DNA of 61,644 nt, taken from IMG/VR virus record IMGVR_UViG_3300037584_003288, positions 1 to 61,644 of that record. One strand, 5' to 3'. Positions within the stretch are counted from its first letter, which is position 1. The number at the start of each line of letters is the position of its first letter. Below the pieces are notes generated by a model. That model saw only the letters and a list, made by a program, of their open reading frames with translations, was not told the DNA's origin and ran no database searches. The position numbers were made by a program, and so were the translations under genes. This DNA is from a virus (Duplodnaviria; Caudoviricetes). Below, in pieces: positions 17,716-26,633 of this stretch.

Positions 17716-18132
17716 ATGGAAAACCAGAATGCTCCTACTGTGGAGCCAACTGATACGGTCGATAGTCTCAATGAGATTCTCGACGCCGCCGATGAGGTAG
17801 AGAACAAGCGTGGCGCTCAAAAGAAGAAGCGTCAGGCCGTTCGCAAGAAGTTCGCTTCTGCGAGCAATCGCCTTATCATGGAAACCGCCAAGCTACTCGG
17901 CTTGGTTAAAACTGAATGGAAGCTCGGTTCGGACGAATACATGTCTATTGACATGACAAAGTTCGACGACAAGCAAACCGGTTCTCCCGAAGAACTTGGT
18001 TTGTTCCTAGGTCTCAAGGACAAGTGGGCGGGTGCCGGTGTCAATGTGACTACCCTCGCCTTCTCCTTGTCCGGTCAGATCAACTCGTGGGGCAAGGCTC
18101 TTGACCAGAAAGAAGTCCCGCAAGACAAGTAA
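17716..18132 (+). CDS. Early hypothetical protein
   Basis: 138 aa, first ORF of the plus-strand early block, followed by two strong hairpins. Confidence 0.8.
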   Translation: MENQNAPTVEPTDTVDSLNEILDAADEVENKRGAQKKKRQAVRKKFASASNRLIMETAKLLGLVKTEWKLGSDEYMSIDMTKFDDKQTGSPEELGLFLGLKDKWAGAGVNVTTLAFSLSGQINSWGKALDQKEVPQDK

Positions 18133-18211
18133 CCCCAAGGTCCTAGCGGGGCGGGCGACCGCTCCGCTTGTGACCCCTGCTCTCCGGCCACCGGAGGGTA
18201 GCGGTCACAAT

Positions 18212-18341
18212 GTGGGGGTAGCTCAATGTCAGAGCACTCCAGCCTAGATGCATGAGCCTAACGGACGCAGGGTTGTATAACCCTTTGAGCATCTATAATG
18301 GTAAGAGATAGATCGGGGTTAGATTCCCCGCCCCCGTCACA
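18212..18341 (+). ncRNA. tRNA-like element with an expanded anticodon arm
   Basis: Acceptor GTGGGGG/CCCCCGT, U8-A9, D-arm GCTC-AATGTCA-GAGC, T-arm CGGGG-TTAGATT-CCCCG. The anticodon region is replaced by a long structured segment. Confidence 0.65.
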
Positions 18342-18345
18342 CTTT

Positions 18346-18618
18346 ATGGCTAAGAACTATAAGGCGTCATTGCGGAGCGCCAAACTACTCTGCAAACCTG
18401 ACCGGATGAAGCCCCATGAGCGGCGACGTCTCGGTCGCCAATGGCAAGCACGCGGCAACCAGCCCGCGTTTACCCCACCTAAGGTGGATTTCAGTGACCA
18501 CATTGCGGGTGCATCTGCATCCCGTATCGTGAAGCGTGGTTCTATGTTCGACGTAGAGCACGCAGTGGATCAAGCTGTATGGGAGAAGCTCTTCATGAGT
18601 AACCCCCACCTCCGGTAA
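18346..18618 (+). CDS. Early basic hypothetical protein
   Basis: MAKNYKASLR..., start placed just after the tRNA-like element. Confidence 0.6.
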   Translation: MAKNYKASLRSAKLLCKPDRMKPHERRRLGRQWQARGNQPAFTPPKVDFSDHIAGASASRIVKRGSMFDVEHAVDQAVWEKLFMSNPHLR

Positions 18619-18988
18619 CACACTTTCCAACCGGAACCAGAGTTCGCCCACGCATAAACAGAGCTTGTTGACTAGCTCGCCAACCCCGCGTGGGCATGAC
18701 CGACAAGGTCAAAGGCATGGACCGCCGTAGAGGTTCAAGGGCTGCTCCCCCCTATGAAGGGAGCCACCACCCACAACCAAGTGCTGGAGGTAGACCGGTG
18801 GGGGTCCTGTTCAGGCAACGTCCTGTCCAGAGTATCCGAAGAAGGCAACCAGTAATATAATACATAGACTGACTCTCCTAGGCATGAGAGTAAACTGCCT
18901 ACCCTTCCCATCTTCCAATGCGATGACGGCAACGTCGGCATCGGGAACATCAAAAGATGGTAACGTAGGCATCGGAACTACTGTTAAT

Positions 18989-19162
18989 ATGAGAAAAGAA
19001 ATTGAACTAGAGATAGACAAGGATCTCGCATTATGCGAGAAGCTGGGCATTGACCCCAAGACTGGCGAGCCTAAGCCCGCACCCCGTGGGTGGGCCTATG
19101 CCGAAACATCGGTGGAGAACAACCCCGTTCTCCCCGCTAACTTCCCAACAACCAATGAGTAA
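18989..19162 (+). CDS. Small early hypothetical protein
   Basis: MRKEIELEIDKD... Stop overlaps the next start. An upstream in-frame ATG at 18884 is possible. Confidence 0.5.
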   Translation: MRKEIELEIDKDLALCEKLGIDPKTGEPKPAPRGWAYAETSVENNPVLPANFPTTNE

Positions 19163-19838
19163 TAACGTATTAGAAATAACATACTTCGACGCGGCCACCT
19201 CGAAAGACGTAGGCTGTACCTCCGTGCGGTGGGGCGACACCCTCAAGGGTGGCTTCGCTGACAGCGCCGCCGCTTCACTTATGCCCGACCATGTATCCAA
19301 GATGCAGGACAGCACCACTATATTGTGGAGCCTTGAGGTTATCTCTGAAGCCGAGTGGATAATACGCAACCCACTGAGGATACTGCATGAGCCTCCCGAG
19401 TGGAGTGACCCCCGACCCAAGACCCTGCCCTTGGTCACCAAGGACGGGGGAGTTGTGCGGCTGACCCAAACGGTGCTACCCAAGTTGCAGGTCCCTCTCA
19501 GGAATATGCTTCTCGATCTATTCGACGGGGCGAACGAGGCTACCCGTGAACACTACACAAGAGTGATATGTAAACTGACCGACATCCCTCCGCACCAGTT
19601 AAGTGAGTGGATGTATCGGGCCGAGGGAAACCCATGCCCCTTCGAGTTCGACCACAATCAAGAGAGAATGATTCGTCGGCTAGTCCGGCGTGAGTTGCGA
19701 GGCCGAGCCGAGACATGGTTCTATGAAACTCACATCTCCAAGAAGAACAAGAAGAAGACAAGCCGCGCCCGATTCTATATCGGGTGGGCCGCTGTAGGTC
19801 TCATCGCCTACGCCATCGTCAACCACCTGTTCTCATAA
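19155..19838 (+). CDS. Early protein with C-terminal transmembrane anchor
   Basis: Likely start MSNNVLEITY. C-terminal FYIGWAAVGLIAYAIV follows a lysine cluster. Confidence 0.65.
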   Translation: MSNNVLEITYFDAATSKDVGCTSVRWGDTLKGGFADSAAASLMPDHVSKMQDSTTILWSLEVISEAEWIIRNPLRILHEPPEWSDPRPKTLPLVTKDGGVVRLTQTVLPKLQVPLRNMLLDLFDGANEATREHYTRVICKLTDIPPHQLSEWMYRAEGNPCPFEFDHNQERMIRRLVRRELRGRAETWFYETHISKKNKKKTSRARFYIGWAAVGLIAYAIVNHLFS

Positions 19839-20136
19839 CAATCACTGCCCGTCCCGCGATGGGATAGGCTCGACGCCCCGCTCGGGGGATAGTTCCGAGA
19901 CTGGCCGTGGAAAAACGCAAGAATGAGTCACTGCGCCACGAAAAGACAGTGACTTGGGGAATGCTCCCCGCCCTCAAGCCCAAGTATACGTGGGCGTATA
20001 ACCAACCCTGAAAAGGGGGAGCACACTTCACCCGCTGACGTCAGAACGGCGTCAACTAACCTGAACCCTGCATCCTGTATCTTGATTCCTACAGGTTGTG
20101 GGCTTAACAACAAATAGGAATCATATATTAAGTACA

Positions 20137-21060
20137 ATGAGTGAAACACTACCTTCAAGCAGTGAAGGCATCAGAGTAAAGCTGACTGTGTGTATGTTCA
20201 ACCCACTGGTGAACGACAAAGAAGCAGCAGCAGAGCAAGCCAAGAAGAAAGATGCGAATGCAAAACAGCACAAGCATCAGATTCAACTGTTGGCTGACAA
20301 CGACATCAAGAACCTCAAGACCGTAGCCGACGAAGGACGCGCCGCATTCAAGCGGTGTGTGTCTGCTCCGTATCTGGATTACAAACCAGACCCGACTGAG
20401 GAGGTGAAGATCAGCACTAGATCGTGTTGGTACTTCCTATCCACATCACATCTGTCCGAGTATCTGGATACCATGTCCAAGTTCAGGCAGCGGTTCGAGA
20501 TGGCAAAGCAGGAGTTCATACACAGTTATGAAGACATCCTCAGGAAAGCTAACTCCAGTGATGGGGTGGGCCAAGACTTCTCCCGATTCCAACACAAGTA
20601 TCCTTCAAAGGAAGCGGTTGGACAGAGGATCTCCTTCACTACCTTTGAAGACCCCATCATCACTAGCTTCATGCCCGAGGTGTTCGACGAACGCATCCGC
20701 CATGAGATGGAGCAACTGAACCAGCGTAAGCAGGAGCAGGTAGAGTATAGCCTTCAAGCTGTCACTCGTTCCGTCACCAAGGACCTGATCGAATCCGCGC
20801 AGCACGTTGGCAAGCAGTGTGCCGCGAAGAACAAGTCCACTAGTAGCCCCATCCATGATTCTGTAGTCGAGAGGCTCGTCGAGAATCTGGAGCGGGCCAC
20901 CACCAAGGCACCCCGAGACAGCGCCGAGCTTGATGAGGCGGTGCAGATTGGTCGAGAACTCCTCGAAGAACTCGACCCCGACATTCTCAAAGCCAATGAA
21001 CACTCCCGCAACAAGGTCATTGCTGGAGCTAACCGTATGAAAGACCTGATCCAACTGTAA
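20137..21060 (+). CDS. DUF3150-like helical protein
   Basis: ~307 aa. Pattern (WYFLS...EY...F...KQEF..SY...YPS.E.V...ISF) and position directly before the AAA+ and vWA genes. Confidence 0.6.
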   Translation: MSETLPSSSEGIRVKLTVCMFNPLVNDKEAAAEQAKKKDANAKQHKHQIQLLADNDIKNLKTVADEGRAAFKRCVSAPYLDYKPDPTEEVKISTRSCWYFLSTSHLSEYLDTMSKFRQRFEMAKQEFIHSYEDILRKANSSDGVGQDFSRFQHKYPSKEAVGQRISFTTFEDPIITSFMPEVFDERIRHEMEQLNQRKQEQVEYSLQAVTRSVTKDLIESAQHVGKQCAAKNKSTSSPIHDSVVERLVENLERATTKAPRDSAELDEAVQIGRELLEELDPDILKANEHSRNKVIAGANRMKDLIQL

Positions 21061-21065
21061 TCATT

Positions 21066-22217
21066 ATGAGTAAAACAGATGAGGTGGTTCCTCTACCAAC
21101 AACCACACCTGATATGATCAAGCCCATCCTGCGACGGGCTTGTAAGGCCGACAACCCTACCGGCGATCAAGCTGGGCATTACAAACCGGTGCTGTTCTTC
21201 GGTCCCCCCGGAGTCAGTAAGTCCGAGCAGATCAAGCAGTTCGCCCGTGAGAATGGTTACACCTTGATCACAGTATATCTGTCATACCTCACCTTCAATG
21301 ACATGAAGGGTATCGGTGTGCCTGACCGTGACCCCGAGTCCCCTACCTACCAGCGCATGGTATGGTGGAGGGATGCAGTGTTCCCTGACTCCGATTGCGA
21401 TGGCAAGTATCTCATCTTCTGGGATGAGTTACTCAACGCCGCGCCTTCGGTCATCAAGGTAGCGCAGCAGGCTGTGCTGGAGCGTATGATCGGGGAGTAT
21501 AAGTTCCCTCGCAATACGATGATGGTCGCCGCTGCCAACGGACAGAAGCATTTCTGTCAGGCTAGTCGTGCCCCAGCCTCAGTCATGGACCGGTTTGCTT
21601 GCTATCAGTTACAGCCCGCGATCAAACCCATGCTTAACTGGCTTCTCAAGAATGCTAAGACTGAGTATGTGTATGGCTTCCTCGAAGGACACAATGAGTT
21701 CTTATACTGTGACAACATGGACAAGTGGGATGGTGAGCAGGCTCAGTCCAGCTCTCGCTCATACGCCAAGCTCGACCAGTATCTGAGCACATACTCAGAC
21801 CCATCCGAGATGATTGAACCCGACAATGCTCGGCTATTCAAATCAGATGTCTCTGGTTGTATCGGTGCCAAGGCTGGCGAGGCATTTATCACCCACATAC
21901 AGCTCTATGCTACATGTGGTGACGTCGGCAAACTACTGGAGAACCCCCGCACTTGCGACCTCTCCCGTATCTTGTCCCGCCCTGACTTGATGTACATCGT
22001 AGCCAGTAAGCTGGTCACACTTACTGACCAAGATAACGTGGCAGATGTTCTGCTCCTGAGTCACAGACTTACCGACCCCAACCTCAATCGTCCCGATGAG
22101 TTGGAGACTATCGAGTCACTGGTTGGCAATCGTCTCCGGTTCAATCGAAAAGACTTGAGCAACGTGAGGGACTTGCATAAATGGCAACTCAAGCACGCTC
22201 GTGAGCTTCTCAAATAG
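21066..22217 (+). CDS. MoxR-like AAA+ ATPase
   Basis: Walker A GPPGVSKS, Walker B LIFWDE, sensor AAAN, arginine finger MDRF. Confidence 0.9.
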   Translation: MSKTDEVVPLPTTTPDMIKPILRRACKADNPTGDQAGHYKPVLFFGPPGVSKSEQIKQFARENGYTLITVYLSYLTFNDMKGIGVPDRDPESPTYQRMVWWRDAVFPDSDCDGKYLIFWDELLNAAPSVIKVAQQAVLERMIGEYKFPRNTMMVAAANGQKHFCQASRAPASVMDRFACYQLQPAIKPMLNWLLKNAKTEYVYGFLEGHNEFLYCDNMDKWDGEQAQSSSRSYAKLDQYLSTYSDPSEMIEPDNARLFKSDVSGCIGAKAGEAFITHIQLYATCGDVGKLLENPRTCDLSRILSRPDLMYIVASKLVTLTDQDNVADVLLLSHRLTDPNLNRPDELETIESLVGNRLRFNRKDLSNVRDLHKWQLKHARELLK

Positions 22218-22596
22218 TGACCAGATAATTGAGTACATTCTCAATCACCCCACTCCCCCCGAACAAGGCTTCGTCTTGTTGGGTGGGGAGATGTGGGGCA
22301 CATCGGAGTGGGAGTTGTGTGCGGCACCATGCCTTCACTCAATCAAACCTCAGGGAGAAGAAGACCGAAAATATATCTTCTGGTTTTACAAGTGGGCCAC
22401 CGCAAACAACTGCGAGGCACACCTAGAACCAACCTGCCCCGAACCACGCAACATGGTCGAGGCACTATATAGCTGGGACGTATCTCCATGGGTGTACGAA
22501 CTATGGTGCCACCATCGAGAAGACTTCAAAGCAACAGCATTATTACACAAAGAAACTGTAGATTATGACAGACACAGAGCCAGCTCAGGTGAATGA
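22201..22596 (+). CDS. Hypothetical protein
   Basis: 131-aa ORF filling the gap between the ATPase and vWA genes. Start uncertain. Confidence 0.5.
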   Translation: MSFSNSDQIIEYILNHPTPPEQGFVLLGGEMWGTSEWELCAAPCLHSIKPQGEEDRKYIFWFYKWATANNCEAHLEPTCPEPRNMVEALYSWDVSPWVYELWCHHREDFKATALLHKETVDYDRHRASSGE

Positions 22597-23884
22597 GCAA
22601 CAGAGAGCACGGTGTAAATCCGCGCTCAACACGGTGATGAAGGACCATCCGTTCTTCGCACCAGCAGCGGTGGCGATGCCACTAATCGAAGACCGCCGTA
22701 TTCCTACGGCTTGCACGGACGGGTTCGTCATCAGGTATAATCCTGATTTCGTAGCTACCCTGAATGACTATGAACTAGTCGGCCTCATCATCCATGAGGT
22801 ATGCCACCCCCTGTTCGGGCACTTGATCCGCTTCGCGTCGGCGATGCAGGCGGGTGACGGACGTCTTGTGAACAAAGCGACTGACTATGAGATCAACAAC
22901 TTGTTGATCAAGTACAGTTCTAATTCCTTCAAACCAATAGTCCTACCTAAGGATGGGTGTGTGGATATCAAGAGGTTCAACACGCAATCAGCAGAGGTTA
23001 TCTACAGGACTCTCCGAGAGGAGCAGGAACAAGAACCACCACCAATCAACCCTGACGATACCGGAGACACCGAGTGTGATAGCGGTGGCGAGGGTGATGA
23101 GGGTGAGGGTGAGGGTACCGGCAGCGGTTCGTCATCAGGTCCGAGTCCAGAGCAGCAGCAGCAGCAAGAGCAAGAGCAAGAACCATCTTCACCCGGCGAG
23201 TTCGAGATTCCAAAGGGTAACCCTGAGGACATTGCCCAGCAGGAAGAGAAGTGGAGAGAGATCCTGTCTACTTCTATTCACGCATCCAAGTTGCGGGGAG
23301 ATGCTCCCGGCGAGTTCTTGGAGGAGCTTCAGCGTATGCAGAAGTCTCCTATCAACATGAAGGATGTCCTTCAGAAGTATGCCGACGAGTTCTGCATGGA
23401 CGAAGGATCGACCAAGCCGGACAAGAGGTTCCTTGCCAACCACGATATGTATGTGTCGGGCATGGAAGATGAGCGCATAGGTTCACTGGTATTCGTCAAC
23501 GACACCAGTGGTTCTATGCCTAGTGATGTCGCTACGATATGCTGTTCCGTAATTCAAGATGCGGTCAACACCCTCAATGCCGACAGAGTTATCCACCTAG
23601 ATGTTGATACCCGAGTCGCCCACTCCCGAGTGTATGCCCCGTTCGAGCCAGTAGATACAGAGATCCATGGTCGTGGAGGCACTGACTTCCGACCCGCTTT
23701 CGAGTGGGTGCAGAGCGAAGCGCATGACGCACGAGTAATCGTGTATCTCACCGACGGTTACGGCGAGTTCCCCGACACACCTCCGCACATCCCCGTGCTG
23801 TGGCTGACTTGGGGCAAAGACGCTTCCGAGTATCCGTTCGGAGATGTCATAGACCTCTATGAAATTCACCAATCAACTACATAA
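22565..23884 (+). CDS. DUF2201-type protein: N-terminal HExxH metallopeptidase plus C-terminal vWA domain
   Basis: TACTDG...HEVCH, acidic G/E/Q linker, MIDAS DTSGSM, GRGGTDFRP, YLTDG. Confidence 0.9.
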   Translation: MTDTEPAQVNEQQRARCKSALNTVMKDHPFFAPAAVAMPLIEDRRIPTACTDGFVIRYNPDFVATLNDYELVGLIIHEVCHPLFGHLIRFASAMQAGDGRLVNKATDYEINNLLIKYSSNSFKPIVLPKDGCVDIKRFNTQSAEVIYRTLREEQEQEPPPINPDDTGDTECDSGGEGDEGEGEGTGSGSSSGPSPEQQQQQEQEQEPSSPGEFEIPKGNPEDIAQQEEKWREILSTSIHASKLRGDAPGEFLEELQRMQKSPINMKDVLQKYADEFCMDEGSTKPDKRFLANHDMYVSGMEDERIGSLVFVNDTSGSMPSDVATICCSVIQDAVNTLNADRVIHLDVDTRVAHSRVYAPFEPVDTEIHGRGGTDFRPAFEWVQSEAHDARVIVYLTDGYGEFPDTPPHIPVLWLTWGKDASEYPFGDVIDLYEIHQSTT

Positions 23885-23885
23885 C

Positions 23886-24179
23886 ATGAGATTATATCAC
23901 GTTACGTTTCAAGAAACAAAAGACTCCGAAGTAAAGTATGTGTGGTTTGCCACAGAGAAATCCGCAAAGAGATTTGTTGGTGATCTGTCTAGCAGCGTAG
24001 CCTCTATCCAATACGTTCCGGTCGAGATACCTGCCCAGAACCGCACATCTATGGCGGTCTTTCTTAACTGTCAGTTCTCTTTCCATCGCGCTATGCGCTG
24101 TGCTTTGGATGATGATGTATTAGAAGCGCATATAAATGCAAAGACGGTTCATCTACTGCCCGTCGAATCCAAGCAGTAG
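23886..24179 (+). CDS. Early hypothetical protein (paralogue of 25693-25926)
   Basis: MRLYHVT...WF...R....FLN pattern. Confidence 0.65.
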   Translation: MRLYHVTFQETKDSEVKYVWFATEKSAKRFVGDLSSSVASIQYVPVEIPAQNRTSMAVFLNCQFSFHRAMRCALDDDVLEAHINAKTVHLLPVESKQ

Positions 24180-24191
24180 ACCCTTATTGAT

Positions 24192-25583
24192 ATGAATACC
24201 CGAGAAGTTATAGAGTCCTACAACGAGTACCCATTCGCGACAACTGAGCAGACCGCTTTGGTTCGCGCCCGAAACGGTGTGCTCATGGCGAAGTTAAATA
24301 ACGTGTCTCCCGGACACATCAGACCATACGATCCACACGACCATTCTGTTGTTGAGTCCGACTCTGAGAGGAGACCAGACACCGGAGCGTATGCTAAAGC
24401 AAGAACGATCAAAGAAGTCCCGACCACCCGACACCCACAGGGTAAGTTTTACCGAGAACCAGAGAGGTTCTTCTTCGACAATGACCTCACAAGGAACGAC
24501 TGGGTTCCTTTATGTGTGGCTATACCTAAAGATATACTAGGCACCCGGACCGAGGAAGAGGTCCAAGATGGTCACTCTAGTAAATACTACTTCATAGGTA
24601 CACACGAACCCGGCAGTTGGTCACCGCTCTTCAATCACAACACTCTGTTACAAAGGAGAGACGCCACGTATGCATATGCTAAACTCATGCGCGACATGAT
24701 CATGCTCGTGCCCCAGCCAACCGCATACGGGGTTCGCATCCCCGCTCGTTCTCGAAAGGTAGATCCAATGAATATCCTTATCAGGATCTTCACCAAGATG
24801 TTTGTGGATACCTGCGGTCCCAGTCGGGCAGAGATGAACTGGCAATTAGGGTGGATGAACTATCTCACATCCCAAGCAAGTGTTCGGGTGAATGCCCGAA
24901 ACAAGTTCGGGGCCTGCGTTTCTCAGTTGCTAAACTCCCAACCTATTCAGGCGTTAGAGAGAAACCTCCCGCTACTCAAACAAGCAGTGGCTAATCAAGA
25001 ACCTCTCGATTATCTCGATACATTCAAACAGTTCCGGGAGAGTCTCAACGAGTCTTACAATGCGGACGGTGTGGACACAGACGTTGTTGGTTCAGGGTTT
25101 CCATATGTAATCTCACACATTGCTCAGCATCTAATGCCGGTTGACCTTCGAGGTTCTTACTACCACGTAAGTCATCTATACAAATACATCAACAAAGATT
25201 GGAAGACGTTGCCAACCTTTATACATAACCACCATAGCGATAGTAGCGAAAGACATTACGAAGAAGCGTCTGCCAAGTGTGCTGACGAGTGGGCCGAACT
25301 GTTTCGCACCCATGCAAAAAATACATCGCTGTCTAGGTCAGACCGCGATGACTTCATGGGGTTATACATCCGCGACCACAAACTTCTCCGCAATAAGTGG
25401 CCTCAGTTTGTTGATCTGTTTGAGCGTCTAGGATTCTCTGAACCCAAGCCTTTTGGTTTCAGTTACTGCGATGAAGACGAAGAATCTCTGGCAGTTATGC
25501 ATGAAGCTGCTGTCAATCAGGTCTCCGATCCAGCCTCTATTATCGAGGCAGAAGCTGAACAAACTATGAGCATCCTCGGATAA
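24192..25583 (+). CDS. Early hypothetical protein
   Basis: 463-aa ORF with no recognised motif. Confidence 0.8.
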   Translation: MNTREVIESYNEYPFATTEQTALVRARNGVLMAKLNNVSPGHIRPYDPHDHSVVESDSERRPDTGAYAKARTIKEVPTTRHPQGKFYREPERFFFDNDLTRNDWVPLCVAIPKDILGTRTEEEVQDGHSSKYYFIGTHEPGSWSPLFNHNTLLQRRDATYAYAKLMRDMIMLVPQPTAYGVRIPARSRKVDPMNILIRIFTKMFVDTCGPSRAEMNWQLGWMNYLTSQASVRVNARNKFGACVSQLLNSQPIQALERNLPLLKQAVANQEPLDYLDTFKQFRESLNESYNADGVDTDVVGSGFPYVISHIAQHLMPVDLRGSYYHVSHLYKYINKDWKTLPTFIHNHHSDSSERHYEEASAKCADEWAELFRTHAKNTSLSRSDRDDFMGLYIRDHKLLRNKWPQFVDLFERLGFSEPKPFGFSYCDEDEESLAVMHEAAVNQVSDPASIIEAEAEQTMSILG

Positions 25584-25692
25584 CAATTTGTTGCTCCCCC
25601 AAGGTAATTGGCCAGACCTTTAAAATAGTCGTTGATGCGCTGACACAGTCAGAAGAGAGGAGACTAGGGGGAGCAACATAACTAACCAGAAC

Positions 25693-25926
25693 ATGAAGAT
25701 ATACGAAGTAACAAACGATGAGAACCGTCAATGGTTCGACAAGAAAGCGGAGGCGCAAGCCGCATCCAAGAAAGCAGAGTCACCTATGGTTACTCATGAG
25801 GTAAGCAGCACCCGAGCTGGTTACGTTAAGTTTCTCAATGAAGTAGCGGACACATCTCCCACTGTATCCCGTACCGTGGTTCGTGTAACCGCAAGCAAGC
25901 CCCCTGTCCCAGATCCAGACGCATGA
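25693..25926 (+). CDS. Early hypothetical protein
   Basis: 77 aa, ATGA overlap with the next gene. Confidence 0.7.
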   Translation: MKIYEVTNDENRQWFDKKAEAQAASKKAESPMVTHEVSSTRAGYVKFLNEVADTSPTVSRTVVRVTASKPPVPDPDA

Positions 25927-26396
25927 ATATATTTGTCGTAGATAAAGATCCGACCACCGCAGCACAGCAACTGTGTGACAAGCATGTGGTCAAGATGATC
26001 CTTGAGTCGGCGCAGATGTTGTGCGCGGCTTACCCCAAGGGTGAGGCCCCATACAAGCGGGCCTTCTACAATCACCCATGCACCATCTGGGCTAGGGAAT
26101 CCAAGGACAACTATGATTGGCTACTCACCCACGCCGATGAGATGTGCCGCGAGTACACCTACCGTTATGACAAGACGCACAAGTCAACTGATGTCATACA
26201 CTGGTGTGCAGCTAACTACTCAAAGCTAGGCTTGAGCAAGCAGGGTCTCACCCCCTTCGCTCAGGCTATGCCAGAAGAATACAAACGAGTCTTCGCAGTG
26301 ACGGCTTACCGTGCCTACTACAACGGTGAGAAGAGTTACTTCGCCAAGTGGTCGGGGCGTGATACCCCCGACTGGTTCCTGAATCCTGAATCCTGA
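25923..26396 (+). CDS. Pyrimidine-dimer DNA glycosylase (DenV-related) family protein
   Basis: MNIF..D.DP..AA..LCDKHVVKMILESAQML...NHPCTIW...NY.WL...QAMP..YK...AYR.YY motifs. Confidence 0.85.
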   Translation: MNIFVVDKDPTTAAQQLCDKHVVKMILESAQMLCAAYPKGEAPYKRAFYNHPCTIWARESKDNYDWLLTHADEMCREYTYRYDKTHKSTDVIHWCAANYSKLGLSKQGLTPFAQAMPEEYKRVFAVTAYRAYYNGEKSYFAKWSGRDTPDWFLNPES

Positions 26397-26399
26397 ATC

Positions 26400-26633
26400 A
26401 TGAGTAAGATAATTGATGTCCGTAAATGGATGCCCGCCATCCGACAAATGGCACAGAGAAAGCTACCCATGATTATGTTGCGAGAAGAACTTCGCAGAGA
26501 GAAGGAACGGACGTCTCAACTGATAGACAAACTTAGACCAGTAAAGAATAGAACAGTACAAAAACTAATAAAAGAATATGAAAGCGATACTACCGAACCC
26601 CTTCTCGGGGAAAGCCGCGACGACAGTCTTTGA
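26400..26633 (+). CDS. Hypothetical coiled-coil protein
   Basis: 77-aa ORF starting at the end of a heptamer array. Confidence 0.55.
   Translation: MSKIIDVRKWMPAIRQMAQRKLPMIMLREELRREKERTSQLIDKLRPVKNRTVQKLIKEYESDTTEPLLGESRDDSL

Noticed and set aside
18212-18341. Functional tRNA gene or tmRNA
   Set aside because: No proper anticodon stem-loop even after removing the insert, and no CCA. An intact D-arm and the short length exclude tmRNA.
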